A stretch of 64,000 bases of DNA from the human T2T-CHM13v2.0 reference genome, Homo sapiens, in the NCBI RefSeq assembly GCF_009914755.1, contig NC_060928.1; one strand, 5' to 3'. The notes below the pieces were generated by a model. It saw only the letters and a program-made list of their open reading frames with translations, had not been told where the DNA came from and ran no database searches. Positions 1 through 13,892 of this stretch are shown here, one piece after another (the first letter of the stretch is position 1; the number at the start of each line of letters is the position of its first letter). Position numbers and translations under genes: made by a program.

Positions 1-2304
1 ATTCTACAGTTCATCCACCACACTCTATACACTGGCCTTTGTTCAGGGTTTTCCCCTGGCCACGCATCTTCTATTATTCTGTGGGTAACAGGGCCCCCAA
101 GGCTCACTTATGTCCCTCAAGCCTTATGGTTCATGTGCATACAACCCAGGTGTCTAACCTTGACCTCCAATGACCTGTCCCTTATCATATTCCCAACAGA
201 TGTGGTTACTTTGTCCAAAGCACTTGGCCTTCCCCCTTCATCTGGTCTGTGCTGGATTGGTGAAAAGAGACAAATCTAAACCATTTTTAAATCCCATTCC
301 TTCCCCCTTTTAGAGGTTTAGCTGGCAGCTGGTACAGTGGGTCTGCTATCCTCTCTCCTGGAACAGATCCTGTATCAGGCACAGCCCAGCTTTGTCTAGG
401 GGATAATGAGTGCTGGAAGATTGTGTATTCTGTGCTACTTCAAGACATATAACCTTCCCCCTCTGAAGCCCATTTCATATATATTGCAATGCATAGTTTC
501 AGTGTCTTTCTGCCCCTTTTGCCAAATCACTAAGTTCATCTCATTCTCATCACTAGAAAATCAGCTCCAAGGGGGCAGGAACCCATCTGACACATTTACC
601 TCCATATCCCCCTCCCCTCCTAACATGGTGTTCAAGAGCACCAATGCTGCACCCAATAGCCTGGGCAGAATCTTAGCCTAAAACTTTCTGCATGTTTTGA
701 AAGAGATACATCAAATCTCTGTACCCCCTTCTTATTCTTTGTAAAATAGGAAAAGTAATAGAAATTACTTTCTACGTTTGGGTAGATTAAATGAGTTAAC
801 ATACATCAAGCACTTAGAATAGTGCCAAACACTTGAAAGTTCTCACATAGGTTTGAATGATTCTTTTTATTGGTCTGTGATAGATGCTCATCAAATGTAC
901 TTTGAAAGAATGAATGAATGGACTCTGCAGGTATCAGCTTAAACATCATCTCTTTAGCGAGGTTTTCCAAGAAATCCAAGCTATAGTAGGTTCTTTTCTA
1001 CAAGGGCACATTACTCCAGTTTGGCCTTCTCTTCTTTGTCTCGCTCTCAGGATCTCTCTCTCTCTCTGACTAGACATGATCACTCTGAAGGCAGCCTGTG
1101 TTTGCTTCATGGACACATTTTTCCAGCAAGTGCTTAGCACATGAAGTTGCCCAGGGTTAAGTACTGAATGAAAGAAACATAACTGGAAGACCGAAAGGTT
1201 TCTGGAGTGTCTTAGTAGTTGTGTGTGTCCAAGGAATGCAGGACATCAGAGGTCAAGGTTGGATATCCTCAGATCTTATGCACATGGACCAGAAGACTTT
1301 GGGGATCCAAGTGCAATTAGATAAGGGAGCTCTGGGGACCCAGATGCCAGTGACTAATGGGATCAAATTTGCAAATCCACACATACACACTTAAAATCAG
1401 AATGGTGCCAAATATAGCCAATATAGTCATGGTCTTTGGAGTCAAAACTGGTCATAAATTCATGGCCCTACTGGCCATGTGACCTAGGCAAATGCCTTAA
1501 CATCTTTGAGTCTCAGTTTCCCTATCGATGTAATAGGGATAATTATCATTCAATTCATAGGATTATTGTGAGAATTAAATGACAGAATGTGTAAAACTTG
1601 CTTATGATTTATAGTATTGAATTATGTCTATTCAGCTCCCCACTAGATCATCACTAAAATGAAAGTAAAGGAATGAAAGAGGAGAGGTAGGAGAGGAAAA
1701 AACAATCTGTGAGAAATAACAACATATATCAGAAGCTGGAAAGTGCATGGAGTAGAGCTCAGTGACACAACAGAGCAGAAAAAGCAGAAGCAGAGAGGAA
1801 TGAGCGTACAAAGCAAGTCTGAATTTACCCTGGAGAACCCCACAAAGGCTTGAAACTTGGAAACATCATGAACTGCTGGGCCAGAGGTGAGGATCCAGAT
1901 GAAAATCAAAAGAATTAACTGAAAGTCTGAACTAGAACAGTAAGACTTCTGGATGTCTCCACCTCTCGCTGCCCAAAGACAGCTCCTTTCCTCTCCTCCA
2001 CAGAGACCAGAGGTTTAGTCTCAAACACTGAGGGTACCAGTGAGAAGGGAGTGGAGGAGTGAGGCATCAGGTTGAAATCAGAGTGGTTAGGGGAGAGTCT
2101 AGACTGAATAGTCAGACACTGCCTACCTGCTTCAGTTCCTGACTTGTGTCTAGAACTTCATTAGCCAGGGGTATTCCATCCTTTGTCCACTAACACACAC
2201 AGGAGATCAGAAAATTCTTCTATGGAGAAATGGAATTGCAGAAAACTGCTACAGATATTGGCATCCTGACCATGTACTGGCCTCCCCAATTAAAAACCCA
2301 ATTT

Positions 2305-2622
2305 GGCTGGGCACAGTGGCTCACGCCTATAACCCCAACACTTTGGGAAGCCGAGGCAGGCGGATCACCTGAGGTCAGGAGTTTGAAACCAGCCTGGTCA
2401 ACATGGTGAAACCCTGTCTCTACTAAAAATACAAAAATTAGCCAGGGGTGGTGGTGCACACCTGTAATCCTAGCTACTCGGGAGGCTGAGGCAGGAGAAT
2501 CACTTGAAACTGGGAGACGGAGGTTGCAGTGAGCTGAGATCGGCCATTGCACTCCAGCCTGGGAAACAGAGTGAGACTCTTGTCTCAAAATAAATAAATA
2601 AATAAATAAATAAATAGAAAGG
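2305..2622 (+). mobile_element. AluS (Sx/Sz-like) SINE
   Basis: GGCTGGGCACAGTGGCTCAC start, dimeric body, (TAAA)n tail; TSD AAAAACCCAATTT at 2292-2304 and 2623-2635. Confidence 0.96.
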
Positions 2623-2699
2623 AAAAACCCAATTTGCCTCCAAACTACCCTGCAGTGAGGCTTTCTACTCTTATTTTAGTGACCCATTCTCAAATATGA

Positions 2700-4370
2700 A
2701 GTATCACTAGATACCTGAGAAATGAGTGAAAAACACCAGATAAAAAGGAACTCAGAAGAAACAAAGGCAATAGAGAAAGCAAAAAAAATTTAAACTTTTT
2801 CTGTTAATACCTTTAGATACATAAGGCAAGATCTTGAGTGTATGAAAAAGAATAAGATTACATAACAAGGAGTAATAAGGAAAAAAAACACTTTTCAATT
2901 TTAAAAATATAATAAATGAAATGAAAAATTAATGAGAAAGATTGGTAGAAATATCAAGAAAACCTTTCAGAAACTAGAGTAAAAATCAAATAGGTGAACA
3001 TTAGGATAGAAAAATAAGAAAAATTAGAAAACTAATCTAGGGAGTCTAATATCTAGCTAACAGGGACTTTGGAAAGAATAAAGAGAATAATATTGAGAGA
3101 AAATTTTCAAAGAAATAATACAGAGAAATTCCTCAGAACAGTAACACATTACTTTTCAGGTTGAGAGGGCCTACCCAATCCCCAAAACAGTGAATAAAAA
3201 TAGATTTACAGAAATTTTAGACTACCAGTGAAAATAAGAACCAAAGATTTCACATAAAAATACAAGTCAGTACAAGGAAACTAGATTAAGGATGGCATTA
3301 GAAAATAGAATAAATACGCTATATGCCAGAAAACAAAGAAAAATGTCTTTAAAATTTTGAGTGAAAATTATTTTCAACATATAATTCTCTAATAAGTCAC
3401 CTTTCAATTAAGCCCGAGTGTAAAATAAAGCCATTTTCAGATAGAAAAGAACTTAGCATTTTTAATCTCCTACATATTCATTTTTAGGAAGCTTTTGGAA
3501 GATATATTTCAGCAAAACAAGGGAATAAGCTAAGACATAGAAGTAGAAAAATCCAGAATCCAGGGAACAGGAAAGCCAACAGAGAGGCAGTGAAGGAAAG
3601 TTCCAGATTGCGACCACAGAGCAGTCCTAGAGAGTCATCCAGTCTATGTTCGCATTTTCAGCCACAGCATGGGAAGTGGGAAGCCAGGCAGAGCTCAGTA
3701 GATTCTAGGAGCTGAAGAAACAGAGCTGGGAGGCTGGAGAAGCCAAGACAGATAATAAAATTCACAGGGTAGAGTACCAAAGAGAAACGTGTTGCAGAGA
3801 GAACTCCAGAGATTTACAGAGGATCTTTCTCAAGTATATAGATGAGTACTGATGCATCTCTGTAATACAATGCATGCCTATGAGGAAACTGTTCAAGATC
3901 AGAGGAAGAACCACCTCAAAGGATTAGAGGGAACAGTATTCAGAACTTATGCAGGGCTGGAAATAGTGTCTGTGCCCAACAGCCGAAGTGGAAAACCTTG
4001 TAATTCACAAGACATTCATGAATAATGGTCTTGCCTCAGTAGTGGAGAGCAACTAAACCTACCTAGCACCCAATCAAAAATTATCAAGCATACAAAAAAG
4101 CAAGAAAAGATTACCTTAATTAGGAAAAACATCTGTCAATTGAAACTGACCCAGAAATAACACAGATGATAGAATTAATAGACAAAACACTAAAAGTTAT
4201 TACATCTGTATTCCATATATTTAATAAGTTAGCGGAAAGACTGAACACGTTAAGTAGAGACCTAGAAGAGATTTTAAAAAGACTCCAATAAAAATTCTAG
4301 AGATGAAAATTACATCTAAGATGAAAAGTACACCGAATAGGATTAACAGCACATTAAACATTGTACAAAT
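2700..4370 (+). mobile_element. Highly decayed old L1 (L1M-type) fragments, ORF1-like region
   Basis: A-rich strand bias and decayed ORF1-like motifs (e.g. ATTTTCAACATATAATTCT); boundaries approximate. Confidence 0.6.
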
Positions 4371-6574
4371 CTTACTGAAACATTACTTTGATTATGGAGT
4401 AGCTACAAAGTATTTTTAAAGTTCTAAAGGAAGCAGTGCTCTTATCTTAATTCTCATTTATAATCAACGCTGGACTTTCCTATGGACAGTACCTGTGAGT
4501 TAATTAAGAAATCACCTGGCATTGATGTTGAGAAACCTGGCATGTCCTTCATCAAAATAGATTCTTTTCAAGCCATAGAGGGTAAGTGCTGCCTGTTTAA
4601 TGATACTGAGTGGTTGACTCCTTAGCTTGTCATGACTACATCCCTTTCCCAAACACATACATGCCATGTTTTTAACCTCTTGTGCTATAAATAAGAGTCT
4701 AATGGGAAAAGCCCAGGATTTTGAGGCCTGGTTTACCATATTGTTCAATCAATCTTGAATGTGTTCTAGGCATGCTGTGAGGTGCCAGTGACTCAGTGAT
4801 ATATAAGACACAGCACCTGTCTTTATAATGCTCAAAATTTAATGGCAAGAGACAGATGAGGAAATGTGCAATTATGATACAGCATGATATGGTTATGATG
4901 GGAAGGAACTGGGTATTAATGAAAGCATACACAATGGTATTTAAATTTGGAAGCTAGAGAAGTTTTGGCGGAAATGAGGTCTTTTATGAACCTCAAAATA
5001 TGAGCAGGAGTTTATCCAGTGAAGAGTTGGAACATAGGTCAAGCAAAGGCCCAGAGCCAAGAAAAGGTAAGGTATATTTCAGAAACTGCAAGCAACTCAG
5101 CATGGTTAGAAAGCTTGAGGACTGGTCTTGGTGAGAGAGAAGGCTGGGGAGGCTTGATTTGGATATTGTCCCAAGGGAAAAAAAGGAATGGAAGGAATTT
5201 ATAATGTTATCACATTTACTTTAAAGAATGTTGACTCAGAATAAGATGTCAGAGTTGAAGAGAAGGCAGATGCAATAATCCCAGTGAGATGAATGTTAAA
5301 TGGCATGAGGCAAAGGCTGCCAGGATGGAGAGAAATGGATACTTTCAAGAGAAATGTAGGAGCTCAATTCAACAAAATGTCCTCAGTTAATGATAGGGCG
5401 CATGAAAGAACGAGAAGCCTTAGGTCATTTTTGGCTTGAGTAACTGTAAGCCCCCATCCCTGAGTCACTCTAACAAGCTTTCTTTCCTGAATGCCCACCT
5501 GACTGCTGGCTGCTACTTGTAAAGTCCCCTAGTCCCTGTGTGGGCTAGTGTCTGTTTGAATTCACATTCTTGGAGCTCACCTCAATCCCCAGTGTTACCT
5601 GGCAACAACTGTGCATTTTTTGAGTCAGCTCTCATTCTACTTCTCTGGAGTGCTTCAAACCTCCCACCCTCCTTAAAACTCCCATCCAATCACTCATCAT
5701 TCCCTTTTCAGTCCACAGACTTGCCTTCTATTTCACTAAAAACAATCAAAGCCAACCAAACCAAATGATGCTTGTTACCCTCTCACCCCCTATATACTAA
5801 CTTATCTTTACAGCTTTCCCTTGACATGCAGAGAAAAATGTGCCCTATGCACTGTCAGCATAATTTCTCTGCCTGTGCACTAGATCACCTCCCTTTTCAT
5901 TTCTTCAGTCACCTGGCTTTGGGGCTGTATCAATTATCTCCTCCCTCTGTACTTCCCCTACTCTTCAGTTTCCTTCCCACCAACATCTAAATATTCCCAA
6001 ACCTCTGCCATCTTGGAAAGTCCTCCCTTGAGTCTTTCAGGCTTGCGTGGCTCTTTCTTTTCTGTTCTAGTTTGCCTAAGACCTAGCCACCCTTTCTCTC
6101 ACCATGTCTGACTTTCCCATTGATTCCTCAGCCTTCAGAGGCCACCTGTGGGCTAAACCTAGTGCATTTCTTTTTAGCTTTGATGTTACTTTTCTTATTT
6201 CAGCAGCACTTAACATGATTGAAACCATCGGACACATTCTTCAAATTCTTTCTTCCCCTCACTGGTCCTTCCATTCCCTTTTGCCTATTCCTCTCCCTTT
6301 GCTGGAATGTAATAAATTCATATTACCTGCAGTTTTATATTCAGGTCATTTTATTTTCTACTTAAAGGATTTTAACCAATATTTGGCTTTCTATTTTTTA
6401 CATAATAAATGTGTGAATATATCTCTTTATAAACCATTCATTGTTTTTGGATAAAGCCAAAGTTCCCCTAAAATACCACCCTTCATCCCTTTCTATATTG
6501 CAGAGGTAACTGTGTTTATCTTTTGGTGAAGTTCACTCCTGAGTTTGTTATCTCAGCCTTTACATACACACCTA

Positions 6575-8157
6575 TGAGGGGTCTTCAAAATGTTCATAGA
6601 AAATGCATATTATGAACAAACTATGCATGGTTTTCACTTTTTTTTGCACCAAAATAAACTCATACTAATGTGTTATACTGTGTCTGAACAGAATCTAGTT
6701 TAAGGCACTAAGAAGGACAATATATCAGTTTGAAAAGAATCCTTATCAGAACAACATGAATTCTGCTAAAATTGAAGCAAGAACAAACATCAAATTTATG
6801 GTGAAACTAGGGTGGAAAATTGATAAAAATCATTGATGCTTTATGAAAATTTATGAGGATAATGCCCCATATTATTCAGCAGTTTACAAATGAATAATTT
6901 GTCTTAACAAGGAATAAATCCAGTGTTGAAGATGAAGCCCGCAGTAGCAGGCCATTCACATCAACTTGCAAGGAAAAAATTCACCTTGTTTGTGCTTTAA
7001 TTGAAGAGGACTGATGATTAACAGCAGAAACAAGAGCCAACATCACAGACATCTCAAATGGTTCAGCTTACACAATTCTGAATGAAAAATTAAAGTTTAA
7101 CAAACTTTCCACTTGTTGAGTTCCAAAACCATTGTGTCCACCAAATCATCTGCAGACAAAAAAAAGTTTTCAATGAAAATTTTAAACAAGTAGGATCAAG
7201 ATCCTGAAGCATTTTTTAAGAAGAATTGTAACAGAAAATGAAACAATGCTTACCAATATTATCCTGAAGACAAGACATAATCAGAGCAATGGTTACTAAG
7301 ACATAGAAGTGGCCCAGTCAAAGCAAAAGGGAACCAGCCAAGAGCAGAGGTCATGGTAACAATTTTGGGGGATTGTCAAGGCATTTTGCTTGCTGATTTT
7401 TCTGGAAGGCCAATAAATGATAACATCTGCTTATTATGAGAGTGTTGAGAAAGTTAACTAAAGCTTGAGCAGAAAAAAACAAAAAAGTCTGGGAAAGCAT
7501 TACTAGAGAGTCCTATTCCACCATGACAATGCTCCTGCTCACTCCTTTCATCAAACAAGGGAAACTTTGGGAGCATTTCAGTGGGAAATTATTAGGCATT
7601 CACCTTACAGGTGTTATTTGGTGTCTTCTGACTTCTTTTTGCTGTCTAACCTTAAAAAAAATCTGTAAGGGGCACCCACTTTTCTTCAGTTACCTCATGT
7701 CAAGATCCTTAATTTAATCGACTGATCAGTCCCTTTTGCCACATGAGGTAACATATTCACATTCTCTTCCTTTCTGCAAATACTTACGGAATGCCACTAT
7801 GTACTTGGCACTATACTAGACACTTGGGATATAGAAGTTAACAGTGACAATTGGTAAGAAAGACCCCTAGCACCTCTAAAGGAATATAAAACATGATATT
7901 TCATATAATTACACATAAAAATCACATAAAAACATAAATTTCACGTTCTGCTTCAGAATACTAATGTGATAGTTTATAATCTAAAAAAGGTTGCATAGAC
8001 ATGGCTAAATTTTCAGGACCCTCAGTTCTTTAGGGATGAACTAAATGGCTGAAATCATAGCTTACAAAATTGTCTTGACTTTGATGTGAAATAAAACTTA
8101 CATATTTTATTTTTATCTTTTAGTTCCACTTTCCATAAACTTTTTGAAGTCCTCTAG
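6575..8157 (+). mobile_element. HSMAR2 mariner DNA transposon, full length, dead, interrupted at 7694-7969
   Basis: TIRs TGAGGGGTCTTCAAAATGTTCATAGAAAATG / CACTTTCCATAAACTTTTTGAAGTCCTCTAG flanked by TA; transposase start ATGAATTCTGCTAAAATTGAAGCAAGAACA (MNSAKIEARTNIKFMVKLGW) at 6756, then stops and frameshifts. Confidence 0.93.
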
Positions 8158-8429
8158 TATCTGCAATCTTTAGAGCCTTCCTCTACCCCAGAGGTCACCA
8201 CTGTTTTGGTTTCATAGAAATGGTACCAGATCTTTTCCCATGCATTTATAGACCTGTATAAATCCATGGGTATTTAGTTTAGTTTTGTGGAGGTTTAAAA
8301 AAACTTACATAATTTATTTTTGCAAATTGTCTTAAAAACAATGACAATGTGTCTTGAAAAATGTTTCCCTGTTACTACTAATGGGCCAATCACATTCTTT
8401 TAACATACAACAAAGTGTTCTATGGGTAC

Positions 8430-8850
8430 TGTATTAGCTTCCTATTGCTGTCATAACAAATTACCACAAACGTAGTGGTTTAAAGCAATACAGATTTATT
8501 TATTTATTTATTTTAAAACATTTATTTCTGGTTCAGGGGTACAAGTGAAGGTTTGTTACACAGGTAAACTCATGTCATGGGGGTTTAAAATTTATGGTTC
8601 AGAGGTCAGAAGCTGAAAATGGGTTTCACCGGGATAAAATTAAGGTATGTGCAGGGGTGCACTCCTTCTGGAGAGAGTGTTTCCCCTTTTCATGGATAAA
8701 GATCCTTGAGATTACATTCAACCCATCTGTATAATCCAGGATAATCTCTCATGTCAAGATCCTTAATTTAATCAACTGCTCAGTCCCTTTTGCCACGTGA
8801 GGTAACATAGTCACAGATTCCAGGAATTACAATGTGGACTTCTTCTGCAT
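8430..8850 (-). mobile_element. MLT1 (MaLR) solo LTR with a short L1 3' tail inserted at about 8495-8586
   Basis: GTATTAGCTTCCTATTGCTGTCATAACAAATTACCACAAA MLT1-type end; GTACAAGTGAAGGTTTGTTACACAGGTAAAC L1 tail. Confidence 0.8.
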
Positions 8851-11638
8851 ACCTCAGGCCCCATAGTCTGTAGCTGTTTTCCTTTTTTTTCTTTCTGCAT
8901 GCTCCTTGGTGACCTTTCTCATTCTCCTGGATGATGCTACATTTCTACCTTCAACGCCAGTTACAGCTATTTATTGAGTCTATCTGCCCTCTGAGATCCC
9001 ACAGGCTCTGGAACCGTGCCGTTTGTCTTCTTCAGGCCTTTGCACATTTGCTCTCTTGGTTTGAGGACTTTTCCCTCCTTTCAAGTCACATTATCTTCTT
9101 TGTCCTTCAAGACTCAAGGTGTTAGCATCCTTCCCCAGGATGTTTTCTTTCCAGATCAGTTCATACCTTCCAGAACTATGCCTATTGCAGTTTTCATCCT
9201 GTATTCTAAATGCCTGTGTTTTACCTGTCAACTTTCTGGGTTTATCTATTATTTCTTGTAACCCTAGTGCTTGGACCAAAAGTAGACATTTAATCAATGT
9301 TTGTTGAATATATGAGGTCAGAAAAAGCAGTCCTGAGGGCAACCGTTTGCTTTGAAATCTCTCTTAAAGTTGCAGCTACCTCTAGATTTCCAACCCACGA
9401 ACTTCTAACATTCTCCAACTGGTACAGTTTAGGAAAAGGGGGCTGCAAGTGTGACTTCATGCCAACCCTCCAGGGGTTGTCTGAAGAGCTCAGTTTGTAT
9501 CAGGTGTCTCTGCATGCAGCTACTTTAGGTCCTGGCAACCTTCCCTTCCTCTTGCCCATTCAGGAAGAAAGGTGAACTGCTCCTCTCTGTCATTAGTCCC
9601 AGGGTCCTATGCTTGTTCTCATTAGCTTTTCTATTCCTGCCCATTCCTTTGAGGTATTCCCTTTACTTTCTTCTCCGTAACTTATCCATCTTGAACATGC
9701 TCTCTGTTTCCTGCCAGATCCCTGACTAACAGGGGCAGTGGTCATATCTAATCTGTAACCAGATCCTCAATAGTTCAAACCAAGCCTGTATCTCAGCACT
9801 CAGTTGATGCTGATGGAATGAATATTGAATATTCTGTAATAAACTTACTAAATTTTGTAATGTCATAGTGTAATCGTGAAGTGTTATAACTGGACCTGAC
9901 TTTTGATATTTTCCAGCCAAGACCCATCATTTTACCTAAGCGAATTTTAGTTTGGAAATTGTGATGGAAGAGAGAGTGTGCAATAATGGGTAGAGGAAAG
10001 ATTTCAGAGTCATGTAGACTTGGGTTTGGATCAGAGGTGCCACTGGGCATACTCAGTTTTGTCAATTGCTAAATGAAGACAATATTACATCACTGGGTTG
10101 TTGAGAAGATTAAATGAGCTGATGCACCTGAGTTCCCTGGTATAGAACCCAGATGTCCTGGTTTCCATTCCAGGGTGCACGCCACCATTTGGCCAACCAA
10201 ACTGAGCTGAATATGTGATAGTTTAGTATATAGGAAGGACTTCATGTGGCCCTACTCCTGGTGTGTACGTCCATGTTGCTAAACCAGTGATAAGAGATGA
10301 AGGAGTTCTTACAGCCGGCTCCCAGCTGACTCTTCCAGACCATATTTTGACATTTATGTTTTCTTCTCTTTCATTCTGTCGTTATACTTATTTTTGTAGC
10401 TACAAATTTTTATATTTAAATTCACAGTCTTAGAAGATAGAAAAGGTGAAAAAAAGTTGTTCAAGGGGATTCCACACTTGTTCTCCAGAACATTATTTTC
10501 TAACTCCACGTCTCTTCCTGCATAAGTTCTTCCAGGGTGGGTGCTCTATGAAACAAGCTTCCTATTTAGCTAAGCCTCAGGCAAGCTCATACTCTTTTTT
10601 TCTAAGGGATAGAATGTGTGGGTCTGCAGTCCTATTCCAGCAAGTCTCTTGATACAGCAAACATTTCCTGAAGTCCTATTTCCTTCCAAGTATTTTGAAG
10701 CTTGCAAACGCAGATATAATGAATGGAGCCTTTAGAGTGAACAATCACTCAACAGCATAAGTTATTTTAATGGGCCCATCACTTGAAACTAAACTTCCGC
10801 CATCTGTTCTACCCTTTAACTGCAAATGCAAAAAGAACACCATTCCCAGTGGCATCATAAAAAGTTAGATATAAGTGATTTAAATGCATGTTTTGGTTTT
10901 GTATTCATTGCAATATACATCTGAAGGAAGGCTCATATTGGATTTATTTTTTATGGCAAAATCAAAATTCAGAGTGGAGGAGCTTCTCTGTTAACAGTTG
11001 AGTACCTTTAGAGTTGGCATGGAATATGTTCTACCATGTTATTCATTCATTCATTCGTTCATTCATCTTTCTTTCTGCAAATACTTATGGAATGCCACCA
11101 CGTACTTGGCACTGTATGGACACTTGGGATATAGAAGTTAACAGTGACAATTGGTAAGACCCCTAGCACCTCTAAACGTAAGTAAAACAGGACATTTCAT
11201 ATAAACACACACAAAAATCACATAAAAACATAAATTTCATGTTCTCCTTCAGAATACTAATGTGAAGGAATAAGAAAAAGTTTGCAATCAGTCAGATCTT
11301 GATTTAAAATTCCCAACTGCTCCACAACGTAACCTGAGACTGTTTCCTTATTTAACAATGATTTACATATCAAACTTTGTCTCCTCATCTGGAAAATGGG
11401 AGTAATAATATCTCCCTCTTGAGTCTGTTGCCATTGAATAGGTTGTATACACAAAGCTGTTAGCTCAGGGCTTGGCTCATAGTTGGTGCTATATGATAAT
11501 TCTCCTTCTGTTTTCTAAATAGCATTTTTTATGGATTTGGGGAAATTACATCTTAGAGTAATATTTCCCCTTTACTACGTAAAATAATACACTCATAGAA
11601 CAGCAGAGTAGAAAAGAATCTAAGAAATATTCAGCTTT

Positions 11639-11858
11639 CAGCCTGGGCAACATGGCGAGACCCTGTATCTACTAAAAATACAAAAAAAATAGCCAGGCAT
11701 GGTGGTGTGCACCTGTGGTCCAAGCTACTAGGGAGGCGAGGTGGGAGGAGTGCTTGAGCCCGGGGGGCAGAGGTTGCAGTGAGCTGAGATCATGCCACTG
11801 CACTCCAGCTAATGTGACAAAGAGAGACCCTGTCTCAAAAAAAAAAAAAAAAAAAAAA
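11639..11858 (+). mobile_element. 5'-truncated AluJ-like SINE
   Basis: CAGCCTGGGCAACATGG...GCTTGAGCCCGG, poly(A); imperfect TSD ATTCAGCTTT on both sides. Confidence 0.92.
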
Positions 11859-12007
11859 GAAGGAAAATTCAGCTTTAACTTAATATTCCTTATTGTATAG
11901 ATACATTTCATTCCAGAGAGAATTAGCAGCTAAAGTCTCGCAGTATGCAATGGTTTCTAAAGCATTTTGGTTGTGTACCTATAAATAAAAAAATTTTAAG
12001 CATGCAC

Positions 12008-12010
<3 letters not shown>

Positions 12011-12050
<40 letters not shown>
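12011..12050. repeat. (AT)20 microsatellite
   Basis: Perfect dinucleotide run. Confidence 0.97.
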
Positions 12051-12054
<4 letters not shown>

Positions 12055-12088
12055 TTAGAATCATGGATAGCTATATTAACATATTATA

Positions 12089-12418
12089 GGCCGGGTACAG
12101 TGGCTCACTCCTGTAATCCTAGCCCTTTGGGAGGCTGAGGCAGGCAGATCACCTGAGGTTGGGAGTTCGAGACCAGCCTGACCAACATGGAGAAACCCTG
12201 TCTCTACTAAAAATACAAAATTAGCCGGGCATGGTGGTGCATGCCTGTAATCCCAGCTATTCGGGAGGGTGAGGCAGGAGAATCGCATGAACCTGGGAGG
12301 CGGAGGTTGCGGTGAGCCGAGATCGTGCCCGGGCAGCAAGAGCAAAAGAAACTCCATCTCAAAAAAAAAAAAAAAACAAAAAACACAAAAACAAACAAAC
12401 AAAAAATGACCAAAAAAA
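12089..12418 (+). mobile_element. AluSp-like SINE with a small right-arm deletion
   Basis: GAGGTTGGGAGTTCGAGACCAGCCTGACCAACATGGAGAAACCC; long mixed A tail; CATATTA flanks both ends. Confidence 0.94.
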
Positions 12419-13681
12419 CCATATTACGTACATTACTATATATAATATAAATAAAAAAGAATGAGATAATACAAACAATATTTATTGTCTCACTGGTCTT
12501 AGTGGCTTCATACTATGCTTAAGGCATGCGTATTGGTCTCTGGAGGCACACTGCATGCTTGGATGAAGTTTATTATTAACATTAATATATAATTTCACAG
12601 TCAAACACTTTTTGAAAATACATTGAAGAAATTTTTAACTGATTGCATTATTTCTATCTTGTGATGGGGCTGACCAAGAACTCATACCAGGAGGAGAAGC
12701 ATCAACTCTGCCATTTTCTTGTTTTCTTCCTGTATTATGCTCAACCCACCATTTCTTTGCAGGGATATTTTCAGCCACTTCTCCATTTCGTGATGATTAG
12801 TATGATTAGAACTGGACAATAAAATGCATATCCACTTAACCAGGTGCATGTTAATATACTGACAGTGAACAGATGTGTGAGGGAGCTGCAGCTGTCCCTT
12901 CCCTTCATGGAACTTGTCCTTGAGAGCACTCTTTGCACATTATGTGGCATGTGACCCTCTCACATAACAACCAAAGGTGGGTGAGAGTATCAATATGTAT
13001 GTAAAACATTAGTAAAGCTCTTATTATTTCTCAAGGATGAATAGTTAAATAGTTTTTCTTAATATTTTCTTTTCACTGTTCCCAAAATGGCCATGCTCAC
13101 CTCATACTGAAGGACACTGAATTGCTGGAAATGGAAGGACTAGAGTCTATTGATTTCAGCTAATGTTTTTTCCTCAGAAAATATAATTGTAAGGAAATAC
13201 AAAAAAATTTTATTTCTTTGTAGTCTAACTTGTTCAGAAAAGTGTGCATACCAAAGTGCACAACTTCATGAAGCTTCCTAAAGTGAATCCACCCCATGAC
13301 CATCATGAAGATCAAAAAATAGAACCTTCCCAGCACCCACTGTGGTTGTGTGCTTCCATCTTCCCCCACATAACTCCCGTCCTGACTTCTAAATCCACAG
13401 ATTAATTTGCTTGTTTTTCTAATTTTATACATAAGGAATCATACAATGGAAATTATTTTGAATCTGGATTTCTTTTGTGTAACATAGTATTTGTGAGATT
13501 TATCTGTGTTGGTAGGTGTAGTGTGGTTCTTTCATTTTTTTTGTTTTTGTTATATAGTATTTTATTGTTTGAGCATATAATTGTATATGTATCCATTCTA
13601 GGGTTGATGAATATTTGAGTTATTTTTATTGTATGGTATTATGAATAATGCTCCAGTAAGGCTCATACATTTGGGGTGTGC

Positions 13682-13892
13682 ATGTGTGTGTATATACATA
13701 TATACATGTATATATATGTATATATATACACATATATATACATATATATACATGTATATACACACACATTTTAATTGGATATATACATGTATGTCCATTT
13801 AAATATATACTTAAAATATGTTTTTATATAATTATACTTATATATAATTATAAATATGTATTATAAATATATATAAATATAATTATATATAT
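13682..13892. repeat. (TA/CA)n low-complexity tract
   Basis: Imperfect TATACA/TATA repeats. Confidence 0.9.

Noticed and set aside
2220-2588. Alu-derived ORFs (also 11672, 12076, 19189, 22179, 25106, 34656)
   Set aside because: Typical Alu translation artefacts
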